Of a DNA stretch of 64,000 nucleotides, positions 31,601 to 42,333 are shown one piece after another; the first letter of the stretch is position 1, and each line of letters opens with the position of its first letter. Made by a program: the position numbers and the translations under genes. The stretch is taken from contig NC_092675.1 of the NCBI RefSeq assembly GCF_964355755.1, positions 22,106,912 through 22,170,911 on the forward strand. Direction: 5' to 3'. Below the pieces are notes generated by a model. That model worked only from the letters and a program-made list of their open reading frames with translations, was not told where the DNA came from and searched no databases. This stretch comes from Antedon mediterranea (lineage: Eukaryota; Animalia; Echinodermata).

Positions 31601-34600
31601 TATATACGGTATATTTTATATACGGTATATTTTTTGGCAGCAGAAATGGGTCTCATAAAAAATATACCGTATATATATGCGGTATATATACCGCATAAAT
31701 ATCCCCATCGTTTGTGGATATTATACGGTATATTCCAAAATATACCGTATATTTCGTACCCCGTTTCTGCTGCACTCAAAATATACCGTATATGTGACCC
31801 GGCCCATGACACGAGGTCAAAAACTAACAGAGCGTGATGCGTTTGTTTGGTTTTTCTGCTGCATTGACACACACGTGTATAATAAGCAAGCAACAGATCA
31901 AAATATTACTGTGGACTGAAGAAATAACTATTTTTGCAATTCAATTGTGGGGAGAAGCGAAGGTTGGGGTGGGGGGGGGGGGGAGACTGCATGGCAACAG
32001 AAGAGATACCGAGATTTACAAAAGTATCTCAAACAAAATAAAAGCAGAATTTGTGGTAGACTTAATAACGCCACAGTTATCGGCAAATGCCGTCGTCTTC
32101 TTTGCATAAATCTAGTCAATGCCCATTCTACATTTCTAGATTGTTTGTGTGATGTAAATTTGTTGCCACTTCTGCTCATTAGATTTCAAATAGAAAGCAA
32201 TTCTACGACGTTTTGAGAAACCATCATTGTTTTGTTTTTGTCATGTAACCTCACTACACTAGACTCTAGGTCAATCCATACTTCCGTCTCACAAAATGCA
32301 TTTTGGGTAATGAAAGCCAACTTTTTTACAGCCCACCCACGAAGTATGTGCAGCGGAAACGGTGCAATAATTTCATATACGGTATATATACGGTATATTT
32401 ATACGGTATATTTATACGGTATATTTGGGATTGGCAGCAGAAACAGGGCCATGGTTAAATCAATGTGCCACTGTTTTAAAAGTGTAGCTTCCAAATAAAT
32501 TATCGTTAATTATTATTATATAAACACCACTAGTTTCTTGACAATTTAATTTTTGATCATCATTGTAAGCAATATCTGATCAGGGAGTTGTAATTAGAAC
32601 TCCCTGACATGACCACTTCTTGGGTCTCTAGGAACAGGTTTTACAAATAATTAATAATTACCTACCATTTTTTTATTTGTATATTTAACTTTCTTTTTCA
32701 TAATGTAACGTTTGTGCTCTTTATTTTATTTACTTGATTTGCACATGTATTGTGCTTAGTTTATATATATTTTTGTTTTTCCATTGCTTTTTTTTTTTTT
32801 AAATTATTTTGCTCATTTGTTTTATTGTTTTATTTTGGTTGCACCACTAACAATAGTGTGTGCCACTGATAAAAAAAAGTGATGACCAATAAATATATAT
32901 AAAGATATAAGTTAGGAACTTATTTCTCATTTATGCATTCAATCTTTTTTTTTATCTATTTGCACTTAAAAAATATCATATTATATAGTTAACGCTTCAT
33001 TTTTGTACACCTGTTTAAAATTTTATTCTAAAAAGTTTTCTATTACACTCTAACTTTCGACTGCCGTCCTGATGCAAAAATTTAATAAACCCTTGTTCGC
33101 ACCGGGCTTAAAGAATGGTAAATTTAACCAAGGCAATTACTGAACATCATTGGTAAATTTGAACACTGTTCGTACTTGAATAATTTCATGCAGTTAGTTT
33201 TACCAAATCATGTGTTTACCTGAGTTGTTTGAAGTTCTAATTGGACTATTTAGCCAGCATGGTTTAGTTTTACCAAAGGTGGGGTAAGTTCTATTAAGCA
33301 CCAGTGGTCAATAAAGTAATCATTGACATTGGTCTTGGTTAATTTAAACCTGAGGGAATTGTAGTTAGTGTTCGCATTGGACTTTTCTTAATAAATAATA
33401 ATAAGTTAATTTAGCTGGCGATTTGGTTAATTTGACCAAATTAAGTTCAGTGCGATCAAGGCTTAATAACAAATTACAATAACGAAATAATTTTTACGAA
33501 ACAAAGATGTTACTTACTGTAACACACAGCCTTGTCAGTACAATACGTGTCACTGAAGAAAAATTAAATATTTGTTGAAATAATTGAGTTCTGAGATTAG
33601 CGTACTGTTCTGGATGTACTTCACTCCTGGAGAAAAAATATCAATTTGTTAAAAAAGATATATTGTCCCCTGAAAAACTCTTTTTTTGTTATTGAATATG
33701 CAATTTTAATGTTATATTTATTGGAAAAAAGATTTTGAATTAATCAGAACACACACACACGCCCATACATAATGTATTTTTTTTTTAAATATTAAAACAA
33801 TCATAGAAAAGCCATACTATCAACATACAGTAGTGTAAAAATCAAGGTAACTACTTGCTTGTTTAATTTTTGTGTAAATTAACACTTTCTGTTTTCTGCA
33901 ATATTTAATTTGTAAACTCATTTGTGCTTACAGTAGTTAATAACAGGAAACATGGTGAATTATATAAATTACATCGGCAGGGGTTCGAGGCTCACTCACT
34001 CCATGGTTCTGGTGGTAGAACGAGTCTTCTCGGATAAGGACTATAAACCGTAGGTCCAGTGTACACATCTAGCTCGTGTGCACTTTAAAGAACCTAGTAC
34101 ATCTTTCGAGACGAGTAAGGGGTTACCCCGGTGTATTAGTATATCACAGCCACTGATCACCAACTGGGCCCTCTGGGAGACCAGTCCTTCACTGAAGAGG
34201 TTACCCAGTATAAATAAATATTTCAATCAACCAATATTTCAATCAATTCAATCAATTAAATCATAATAATTTAATCTTGAGTAAACTTATATTAAAATTA
34301 TAACGAAGAACACCCAGTAAAAATAAACTGAACCTACCAATATCTTGTTATTTTCATGTACAAAGCACTCGCCCCAAAATATTGAACCTCGGCAGCCTGT
34401 GAAGAAATTTAGCTTGTGATAATTTCGTTGTGTATGTGTCACTGAAGGTAAATAATCGTCTACAGCCGTATGTCTCAAATTATGAAGGAGTAGTCAAGAC
34501 TATCAGAACAATTATAGGTTTGCCGTTTGACATTAATTATGGGAAACGTGTCCTTTTACTTGGAAATAGCTATGTTCTGGCACTGGTCATCTGACTATGG

Positions 34601-37349
34601 GGATATTTTTAGATTTTAAGATAATGAATATTTTAGATTGAACATGATAGGTCTATGAGACATAATAATTATTCATGTGATATTACGCTACTCCATAAAA
34701 GGTTTGAACCCAATGATATTTGCTTGTTAACTATTTAATTACTAGTTTATATGATATTAAATTACTTGTTACTGCTTTTGAAGGAAAAATAATCTTTAGT
34801 GGCAAAGAACTACAGGTATAATTATAATATTGAAACATTTAGCTCATTTACAAAGAAATTATGTCAATATTACATTCAGTGAGCCAGCATTATCACTGGG
34901 CTATTATACCCCATCACACAGGTACAGGAAGTTAATTTGTAGTTACTTTACAGTTTCATGCAAAAAGGGCAACATTTAAAGACATTACTTCAATCTAATT
35001 TAAGGTCACATACCGTACTACATTTTATGTCAAAATAATGATAATTTTTTTTCGTATATAAATGGTTAAAATTGTGAAAAGTAAGTCTATTCTAATAATT
35101 TAAGTGGCCCACTATAAATACCACCATGCCATTGCATACAGATTAATATTTTTGTTTTCCTTCTGTGGTGCACCCACTTTTGATCGATCATTAAAAAATC
35201 AACCTGAAGTTTTACCAACATTTATAAAGCTCTGTCTACACTATCAAATTTATGTGACAATAAAACACATATATGGACATGATGATGTGATATCACTACC
35301 ATATTTGGGTATATTACTACCATATTTGGGCACATGACACTTTTTTTGTCAAACTAGTTTGATAGTGTAGACAGAGTATAGGGTTTATCAATTTTAGGTT
35401 TAGTAAAAACTACTACAGTAATAGTAGTTAAGTTCAGTTTCCAAATTAAACAATTTTTTTAAAGCAAACTCTTTCTTTTAGACATCTACCTAGTTAAGTT
35501 ATTATAAACAGTTTACGGTGGTCTCATTCGAAGATCCCATATCAATAATGGGAAGTAAGTGACATCTTCATATCCTGTCTGATTGACGCGCACAATTTAA
35601 ACCAGAACATCTATATAAACTGGGTTGTGTCGAATGCCTTTCACTAATTACAGCCATGCATACATTTGATAGCAATTTACTTTTAAATTGTCATGTAAAC
35701 TCTTTATAATATATTCTAAAATTATACTTTGGTTGGTGCCTACAATAGTACTACATGACAATATTCATGACTATATTGAGTTTACCAACGAAATAGGATA
35801 ATTAATAGAACTGGTTAGTAACAATTTACTTCACTTACAATTAGTAGCACTGTGCATTCGTTAACATTAGTTTTTGTTCACTTGTTATAATATATAGAAT
35901 GATGACTGAAAAGTACTGTTTTACGCAAAGCTTTTAGGGAGCTATCGCAGTGGGACGGTAAACGAAGGGGATGGTAATTAACAAAGCATGACGGTTATTT
36001 TAGACACAAGCGACGGTGATCAACCTCCCTCTTGACATAGTCTGCATGTGGCTTGGTGGGCGACTTTGAAACGTTGATGCAAGATGGGTGAGAGGTGGAT
36101 TTTACATTGGAGTCACTGCCTACCTTATCAGATGATAACAAACTCCAAGCAAACTGCCATGCCTGTGGTGATCTCTGAGCTGTAAACAACCAGTTCTGTG
36201 CCCTAGACTTAACACTAGGGTCTGGATCAAAATACAATTGATGCAAGGCCTGCAACCAACATAAAAATATCAACAATTTAACAACACATTAGAGTTACAA
36301 TTACAATACATTCTTAAACTAGAAAGCCACTGCTATATATTTGTGTAGTCTTAATGCTGTTTGTGATTTAGGCTAATTTCACTACAAGCATGTGTATGCG
36401 AGTTTGGTATAATGGTTATGTAACAAGCCTTTCAATTAACAATAGCTTTAGTTGACTAACAATAGAACAGCAACGCGAAAATCAAACGAGTGAATTTGAA
36501 AAGAAATAGGTTTTTTAACTACTCTCATCAAAAATAGTGCACATTAAATCAAATTATGTTTTAAAATTACAAATCACCAATTATAACTCTTGCCTCTTGT
36601 ACAAAAATGAAGTTTTTTGGACAAGTAGTTCTCGAGAAAATGCAATTTTAGTTTATTTGTTACTTTAAGACTGCTCGCCAGCTTTTGAAAAATTCTGTCC
36701 TATCTTAACACTAGCAGGTCTGAAAAGTATACTAAAAGTGGTCCAGAATTGGGACCATGGTCCCAAATGGTCCCAATGGCATGGTCCTTGACCACATATC
36801 TATCTGTATATTCATTTTGGTAAAGATCTTGTAATTACTTTTTGAGTAATCCTGCTAACAAACAAACAAACAGACAAACAAACAGACAGACAGGAGGTAA
36901 ATGATGAGTGGAAGTGACCACATGTAATAGAGTAAAATCTGTTGTGTACTGTACGTTTGAATCAAGACTCTTGACACTGCATACAGTATGTCTAATAATC
37001 AGGTACCATATTTATTTGAACACCCACCCCCATACAACATTCCTTAAATAAATGCCCTGCCACCTGAATACATACAATACAGTATGCATGATCATCTATT
37101 GTATAATAACTATCAGTCTATATATCACTAAAGCTTACTTACAATATATTGATTACTAGTGATTTACAATACACCAAACATGTCAAAGACCACTAAAATA
37201 TCAATCCAAATAATTGTCTCTAACTGTTGTTATATTCTACCCTATTTAACATTCTATAATGGATTGAAATATGCATGGAAGACCTTTTCAATGTTTTCTA
37301 CTGTAAGGTCCAGTGCTGAATCTGTTTCTTGTTCTGCCTGAAAGGCCAT
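4628..37349 (-). CDS. IPO13: Importin-13 (karyopherin-beta family), complete, 25 coding exons, 955 aa
   Basis: Hand-spliced GT-AG exons with consistent phases: 37284-37349 (MAFQAEQETDSALDLTVENIEK), 36124-36249 (ALHQLYFDPDP...), 34338-34396, 33518-33626, 29999-30097, 25316-25369 (CLALLELLTVLPEE), 24944-25016, 23860-24079, 23065-23149, 22497-22616, 22296-22376 (PGHYPVDE), 21836-21974, 21547-21596 (EKEQFRCYRQDIGDT), 20994-21083, 20174-20321, 19677-19745, 17594-17733, 17229-17363, 14813-15034, 14249-14386, 13761-13857, 13113-13294, 11882-11971, 11355-11536, 4628-4721 (RERANKRQFRDIVKEFSLLCRGLLGTEYADF*). Total 2868 nt, collinear with remembered human IPO13 from N- to C-terminus. Confidence 0.96.
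5717..6088. mobile_element. MITE with related termini (GCCCTGTTTCTGCTG)
   Basis: Inverted termini AGCCCTGTTTCTGCTG / CAGCAGAAACAGGCCT. Confidence 0.6.
6770..7065 (-). mobile_element. Older diverged copy of the same SINE family
   Basis: Reverse complement contains TGGCTGAGCGGTTAAGACAG, GGTTCGAGGC and GTCTTCTCGGATAAGGACTATAAACC. Confidence 0.75.
8947..9462. mobile_element. Kolobok-like non-autonomous element
   Basis: TIRs AGATGTATTGTC / GACAATACATCT flanked by TTAA on both sides. Confidence 0.65.
13492..13653. mobile_element. MITE family 1 (TIR AAGCTCTGTCTACACTATCAAAC), copy 1
   Basis: About 22-bp TIRs, TA-flanked, four copies in the window. Confidence 0.8.
17392..17515. mobile_element. MITE family 1, copy 2
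   Basis: Same TIRs and interior (CCCAAATATGGT, ATATGGGCACATC). Confidence 0.8.
17831..19417 (-). mobile_element. Non-autonomous Helentron/HINE (DINE-1-like) element
   Basis: One end has CTAG, hairpin AACTCGTCA-ctt-TGACGAGTT and subTIR TTAGTTATCCGC. The other end has hairpin AGTTATCCGC-caagt-GCGGATAACT next to a GAAA/AAT microsatellite. No TSD, CpG-rich interior, internal duplication of about 360 bp. Confidence 0.75.
19478..19625. mobile_element. MITE family 1, copy 3
   Basis: Same TIRs and interior. Confidence 0.8.
20594..20912 (+). mobile_element. tRNA-derived SINE with Deu/Nin-like central domain, full length
   Basis: A box TGGCCGAGCGG, B box GGTTCGAGGC, central GTCTTCTCGGATAAGGACTATAAACCGTAGGTCC...CACTTTAAAGAACC, (TCAA)n tail. 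Near-identical copy at 33971. Confidence 0.85.
21995..22180 (-). mobile_element. L2-type LINE 3' relic
   Basis: Minus strand translates APEIWNQLPRSIRYTPSPFQFKSLLKTHLF*. Confidence 0.75.
23310..23530 (-). mobile_element. Degenerate CORE-like SINE
   Basis: CCAGGTACCCATTT...GGGTGAAGAGAGG and ACATTATTACCCC tail. A related tail fragment lies at about 12950-13025 on the plus strand. Confidence 0.45.
24185..24217 (-). ncRNA. Degenerate minimal hammerhead motif
   Basis: Minus strand CTT-CTGAAGA-A-GCT-gtgag-AGC-GAAA-TTG-TC-AAG: core plus short stems I and II, stem III vestigial. Confidence 0.45.
24850..24894 (+). ncRNA. Minimal type I hammerhead ribozyme (Penelope-like element type)
   Basis: CTGCA-CTGACGA-GATCT-aata-AGATC-GAAA-CAGtaCTG-TC-TGCAG: complete core, perfect stems I, II and III, predicted cleavage after C24889. 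Confidence 0.85.
26270..26390 (-). mobile_element. tRNA-SINE fragment (second family)
   Basis: Reverse strand has A-box-like TGGTGGTTAAC and B box GGTTCAATCC. The body CTCATT(T)GA(G/A)GCTTAGGGAATGGAG recurs at about 44530. Confidence 0.55.
28097..28774. repeat. Minisatellite, 23-30-bp unit
   Basis: About 25 copies of ATAGTAAACCC(A/G)GTCTACAGTA(ATA)n. Confidence 0.95.
31569..32450. mobile_element. PIF/Harbinger-like non-autonomous element
   Basis: TIRs GGCCCCGTTTCTGCTGCC / GGCAGCAGAAACAGGGCC, 3-bp TSD ATG (31566-68 and 32451-53), many internal ATATACCGTATA / TATACGGTATAT inverted repeats. Confidence 0.75.
33087..33464. mobile_element. MITE (Harbinger-like termini)
   Basis: Imperfect TIRs CCTTGTTCGCACCGGGCTT / AAGTTCAGTGCGATCAAGG. 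Confidence 0.5.
33971..34256 (+). mobile_element. Same SINE family, 5'-truncated copy
   Basis: Nearly identical to about 20647-20912, lacks the A box. Confidence 0.85.
35227..35378. mobile_element. MITE family 1, copy 4 (inverted)
   Basis: Same TIRs, interior reverse-complemented. Confidence 0.8.
36316..36900. mobile_element. Degraded Helentron/HINE-like relic(s)
   Basis: Starts AAACTAGAAAG and ends with GTAATCCTGCTA-(ACAA/ACAG)n-GGAGGTAA, a typical HINE microsatellite end. Confidence 0.45.
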
Positions 37350-39329
37350 AGTGACAACCAGGTGCCTGCTGAAACGGCTTCTTCTATCTGAAAAAATATA
37401 AAGCTCTTTAAGTATAATAGCAATAATGATACATTAAAAAAAAAGGGAGGTGGGGGGTTGGAGGTGGGGGAAGCATTACGAAAGAATATTAGCAACATCT
37501 CTCCAACAACTATTTTTCAAAATCATCATGGATCTGTCTATGACTATCAGATAAAATAAAATCATCACCACAAATTGATTCTGCTAGAAGTCCTGGAATC
37601 AAGTTATTCGGGTTCCTGATCTCTGTCACTGCTAAGTCTAAGTTGACAGTATAGCAAAACCTTGTTCCTAAATTCTCCTCATTGAAAAACAAACTCTGCA
37701 ATAATGTTTTCTACCTTTGAAAATTGTCATCTATGAACTAAATTGTGTTGTGCTTGATGCTCTAAAAAGTGAAGTGAGTGTTTTGTAAGTTTTAGGTGTT
37801 TTTTCTCAACCACCTGTTGGTATCAAGATAGCTGTCACTGTAGCAGTTTCCGTGCGGTTAAAGTAAGCAAACAATTGTTCATGTTCTGAATTTTTTTTAT
37901 TTTTTAAAAACAATAACTTGACAAGATACTGAACACCCACCGATGATGATTTTACATAATAATATAACCTAAACAATATTATTCTTTTCTGTAATAAATT
38001 GGGTGACACTGACTGCAAACTTTACCAACAAAAATAAGACATTAAATGTAAATTAAATATGTTTACACATGTTTTCCTATTATTGAAATAAACTGCAGAC
38101 AATTAAGCAAAGTACTTTAACACCAAATTATTGATACACTTTAAGATGTAAAATTGTAACTAATCTACTAAATTTAAAAAGTCGAATAATATTGTATTTT
38201 GTCTATCTAATTGACATACTATCACCTTTGATTGCTCTTATTGGCCAATGTTTTCAATGTCTAGCCTTAACCTAAAACTACTACATTTCTTTATGTATAC
38301 TTTTCTTATACCAAATCTTGCTGGCTAAACACTGGTCTACAAACATAACTACAAATGTTTTATCTTTCACCAAAAAAAATATTTGTTCCATTGTACTATA
38401 AACACATTCATATTGTTTATTTTATTTTATGTTATTTGATTGAATGTTGTGAGGCAAATGAAACAAATGTGCACAATTTACTCTTGATGTCGCTGGACTA
38501 TGGACTATTGAAAATAATGTGACCCAAAACTCTCCAATCAATTGACAAGGATCTATTCAACCCATTAAACATTTAAAATAGAATAAAGAATGAAGTAGAA
38601 AATGATATGATGAATTAAAAAAACAATAATGCTAATTTTTTTCGGTAATATCAAAGAACATTACTTTTTTATTGGTTAAATTTTCCAACAAAAAACGATG
38701 AAACAACACAAACGGAAACAGGCATTTCAGACTCATTTCCTGCCTGTCAGTGGTGTGCTCAATACCATGATAAAGCACATATTATCTAATATATTTATCA
38801 GATAATTAACAACCTGAATGGAATAGAATAAAAAAATGTAAAGAATACGCTGTCGCATAATGAATATTGAACGATTATATTAGTCAATTTAATATAAAGA
38901 AACTTTATTTACAACACTCCTATTCATGAAATGTCATAAAATATGTGCTGGGTGCTTCATAGAAATCAATGCGGCTCAACTTGTAAGAGGCCCAAACGGT
39001 CATGCTATTCAGGGGACACTCTGAAGGTGTCCCCTAACTAATAATAATATAGGATCGGAGAAGATCCACTTGTAATTTTATTACAATCAACATCAATAAC
39101 ATTAACACCATATAATTAAAAAACCTACCTTGCCCTTTTAGCTAGTCACTAGGCCTAGTAGAGGCTAGGCCTAACCAATACATTCAGTATTGTAAAGTGT
39201 AGTGTAAGTAGGAGGCCTACCCTACTAGGCTTTCTACTAGTCCACCTAGGCCGGTAATTCCCTAGGCCTAGTTTAGTTATAATGGGAAAGTTTAGGCGAT
39301 GTGCCTTTTTAAACCCCATATCAACTACA

Positions 39330-39480
39330 TTGTGTCGATGCGATTCTTGAAGGTATTAACGGTCTCAGAATTGACAACGTCGGCTGGTAAACTGTTCCAA
39401 TGGTTTATTACTCGTTGCGAGAAGGTATGTCTTCTACAGTTCAATCCTTTATGGAAAGTAGGCTTGAAAAATCTCTACCC
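39330..39480 (-). mobile_element. CR1-type LINE 3' relic
   Basis: Minus strand translates RRHTFSQRVINHWNSLPADVVNSETVNTFKNRID, the classic CR1 ORF2 C-terminus. Confidence 0.8.
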
Positions 39481-41559
39481 TTTAGTTAGGCTAATAACCT
39501 ACTAGCCTATCAATCAATGCTGTGCAAGCAAGGCTTATTAAAAAAAACATATTTGAAATGCACTTTACATTTAATTCAACAAATACGCAGACCACACTTA
39601 GGTCTAGTCTACTACAGCCCCTAGGCCTAGGCTAGTCTGATTTGGCATTTGGCCCTGTCACAGTCTGTCTGTCAGCGTCAGATCTTCATCATCTGGCTAC
39701 TACAATGTTCTGCACATACTCTGTCTGACTTTGGCCTAGCTTTAGCAGTGCAACAAAAGAGATTACTATTCAAAATTGATTCTGACTATTTTACTTTAAA
39801 TTATGTTTAAAATACTACCTGATAATACTTGATGAAATTATATTTAATAAAACATTATACGAAACATTATTCAAGCGTAAAAAAATCTGTTAAAACGACG
39901 AACACTGGGCGCTGACATCTTAGCCTCTTTCAAAATGTTTTCTTTATACAAATTCACTTTTCATTTACTATCTATGATTTTTATTTGAATAAAAAAATAT
40001 AAAATCATGTTTAAATTTTTTTTTTATTCAAAGAGATGATTTAAAAGTAATGAATCCCAATAAGTAATAATATTAATTTATACTCAGTTGTTTTGCCTTT
40101 GATACAACTGTGTTCGATTGGTAAAACAGATATACAAAAAACGGTTTGTTTGATTAGCTGGGTGACAAATCTATCATGGACCTATATGATTAACCAAATT
40201 ATAGGTCTATATGATAATTTTACTGCACTTACTGTGGAAAACTTTTTGAATAATGTATTCCTATGGTAGGCACTACATCTGAAGACGAACAAAAGAAAAT
40301 TCAAAATTACCTTTTATCATTCATCTGATAACATTGCCAACTCGTTTATAATTCTTTTAAAACTCTACAACTTGTAAAGAATAGGCCTATGGATTTTATA
40401 AGAAAGTGCTTGTTTTAATAAGATGATCTATGGCATTACTATATATAATGAAATAATTTAAAATTAAGCCCCTTAACTGTATATTTTAACTGTATCAGTC
40501 TATACATAAACTTATTTAGGCCTATGCTTTTTCTTTCTTAGAATTTTGATTAATTATTGTTTGTTTTTATTATTTCCTACGGAGTTGCTATGGGCTCTGT
40601 TCGGAGCTAATTAGTCATTATCATCATAATCATCATCATCATCATCCTCTTAGAGATTTCTCATTGTAATTTTTATGTTTTGATTTTGGCTGAATCTTTG
40701 AATATAAATAAATTATGAAGGGGACGGAAGATATGATCGATATGATAGAAATGTGCATGCCTTTAATACCCGGTTTCAATTGCTCACCCTGCCGACCTAC
40801 GATTAGAAAAGAACCGTATTATATTGAATACGCTATTATTTTTTTATCAGAAACATCGTCAACTATCGGTATAATTTAAATTTTTCACTCGCATTCATCT
40901 TATGCAGACTTGCGTATACAATATTACTGTACTGCTGCCTTCTATTTCTATTATCAGGGAAGAATGAAACTTGCTGGAATGCCCTTTTGGAGAACTTTGA
41001 AAAAAGCGGGGGTCCGAGAAAGTTCACTGGGCCCTGAATTATTTATGAACCAACCAAATAATCGGCGTTTTTTAAATATGCATGACGAATTTTCCTATAA
41101 ATATTATGAAAATGATTCACACATAATTGAATATGTTCGCAATTTGATTAAAAAGAAAACAATTAGGGTTAAGCAAAACAAAATGGGTTTTTTTTCGCAC
41201 GAATGTTTTTTAAAAGTTTAATTTGCACGCTATGGATAGGCCTAACATAACTCTAATTAGAGTGAAACTGAAAGAAATATGATACTGTCTGTAGGAAATA
41301 AATATTTTTTTTTAAAGCAATATAACGACTTAACTTCGTTAACTTCTCTAAGCCTAATCGTTTGCTAACGAAATTTAGGACGTAGAAAAGTTGGACATTT
41401 TTATTCTAAGTTTTTCGTCTAATGTAGTATGATTTTTTCATGTTGAATGAATGGAAGCCGATTCAAATCGACTTGGATCGAATTCTAATAATACCTTGAA
41501 TTGATTATGTTGTCTCCATGCTTATTATTATTGATTAATCTAAATTATTCGGATATTCT

Positions 41560-42330
41560 GCGGGTCTAATCGTTACTAATAAAGTTTAATCTTAGGCCTA
41601 AATTCTGAGAGACGGACGAAATGAACAAACATGGCGGAAAATGATTTGATGGGTCCTGTCTAACGAATATAAAATTGATGGACAGACATATTTTGAGAAA
41701 ATGGGACGCTGAACAATTATCTCCATCATTATAATTATTAGTCTGTCTTGTGTGGGTGGGCGAGAGCCTACGAAATCTAAACAAACTGTAAAATAATTGG
41801 TGATAAACAAGAAGAAAAACTATACATGCACTTTAAATATAATTAAGCTCTTCTAAGTGCAAGAAAAAAACAACAAACAAACAATAAAAACAAATATAAT
41901 GCATAACTATGAATTAATAATTGTTTATATAATAAGTAAAGTATTTGACAATTTGAGATGTTCCATAATGTCCATAATACTAAATACTAAGGTCCTGCGA
42001 AGTGAAATCTGATTTTTTTTTGTAAATGAGATTTTTAACTTAAAAAATGAAGGCTTCTTCTATTGCTAGAAAGGTACTGACACACTGTAGGCCTACCTAT
42101 AATTATTCTTTGAAACTTCAGACAAATGTTCAATTCCCTTTTCCGTCGAAAATAAAGAGTATTTAAAAAGGATACAGTCGAATACAATCATCCGAGTGTC
42201 GGTGGTTGGGACTTCGGAGGTGTCAATGCAGCTGTTATATGTGGCTTCCTCTTCTTTGAGTGGATGTTGATTGTTGTATTGTATTGTAAACAACACAATT
42301 ATTTGATTAAATGGTTTACAATTAACTAAG
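41560..42330. promoter_or_regulatory. Probable divergent promoter region (IPO13 on minus, FAM151-like on plus)
   Basis: Head-to-head gene arrangement, locally higher CpG, a YY1-like AACATGGCGG at about 41628-41637, and a candidate minus-strand 5'UTR donor at about 41494. Another candidate IPO13 first exon lies at about 39820-39930. Confidence 0.45.
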
Positions 42331-42333
42331 AAG

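Noticed and set aside
31525-32498. Cluster of overlapping ORFs on both strands
   Set aside because: They arise from low-complexity palindromic MITE sequence and show no recognisable transposase motifs.
40277-40310. CTGAAGA-CGAA...TTC-AAAA hammerhead-like string
   Set aside because: It lacks the GAAA core, the cleavage triplet and stem I.
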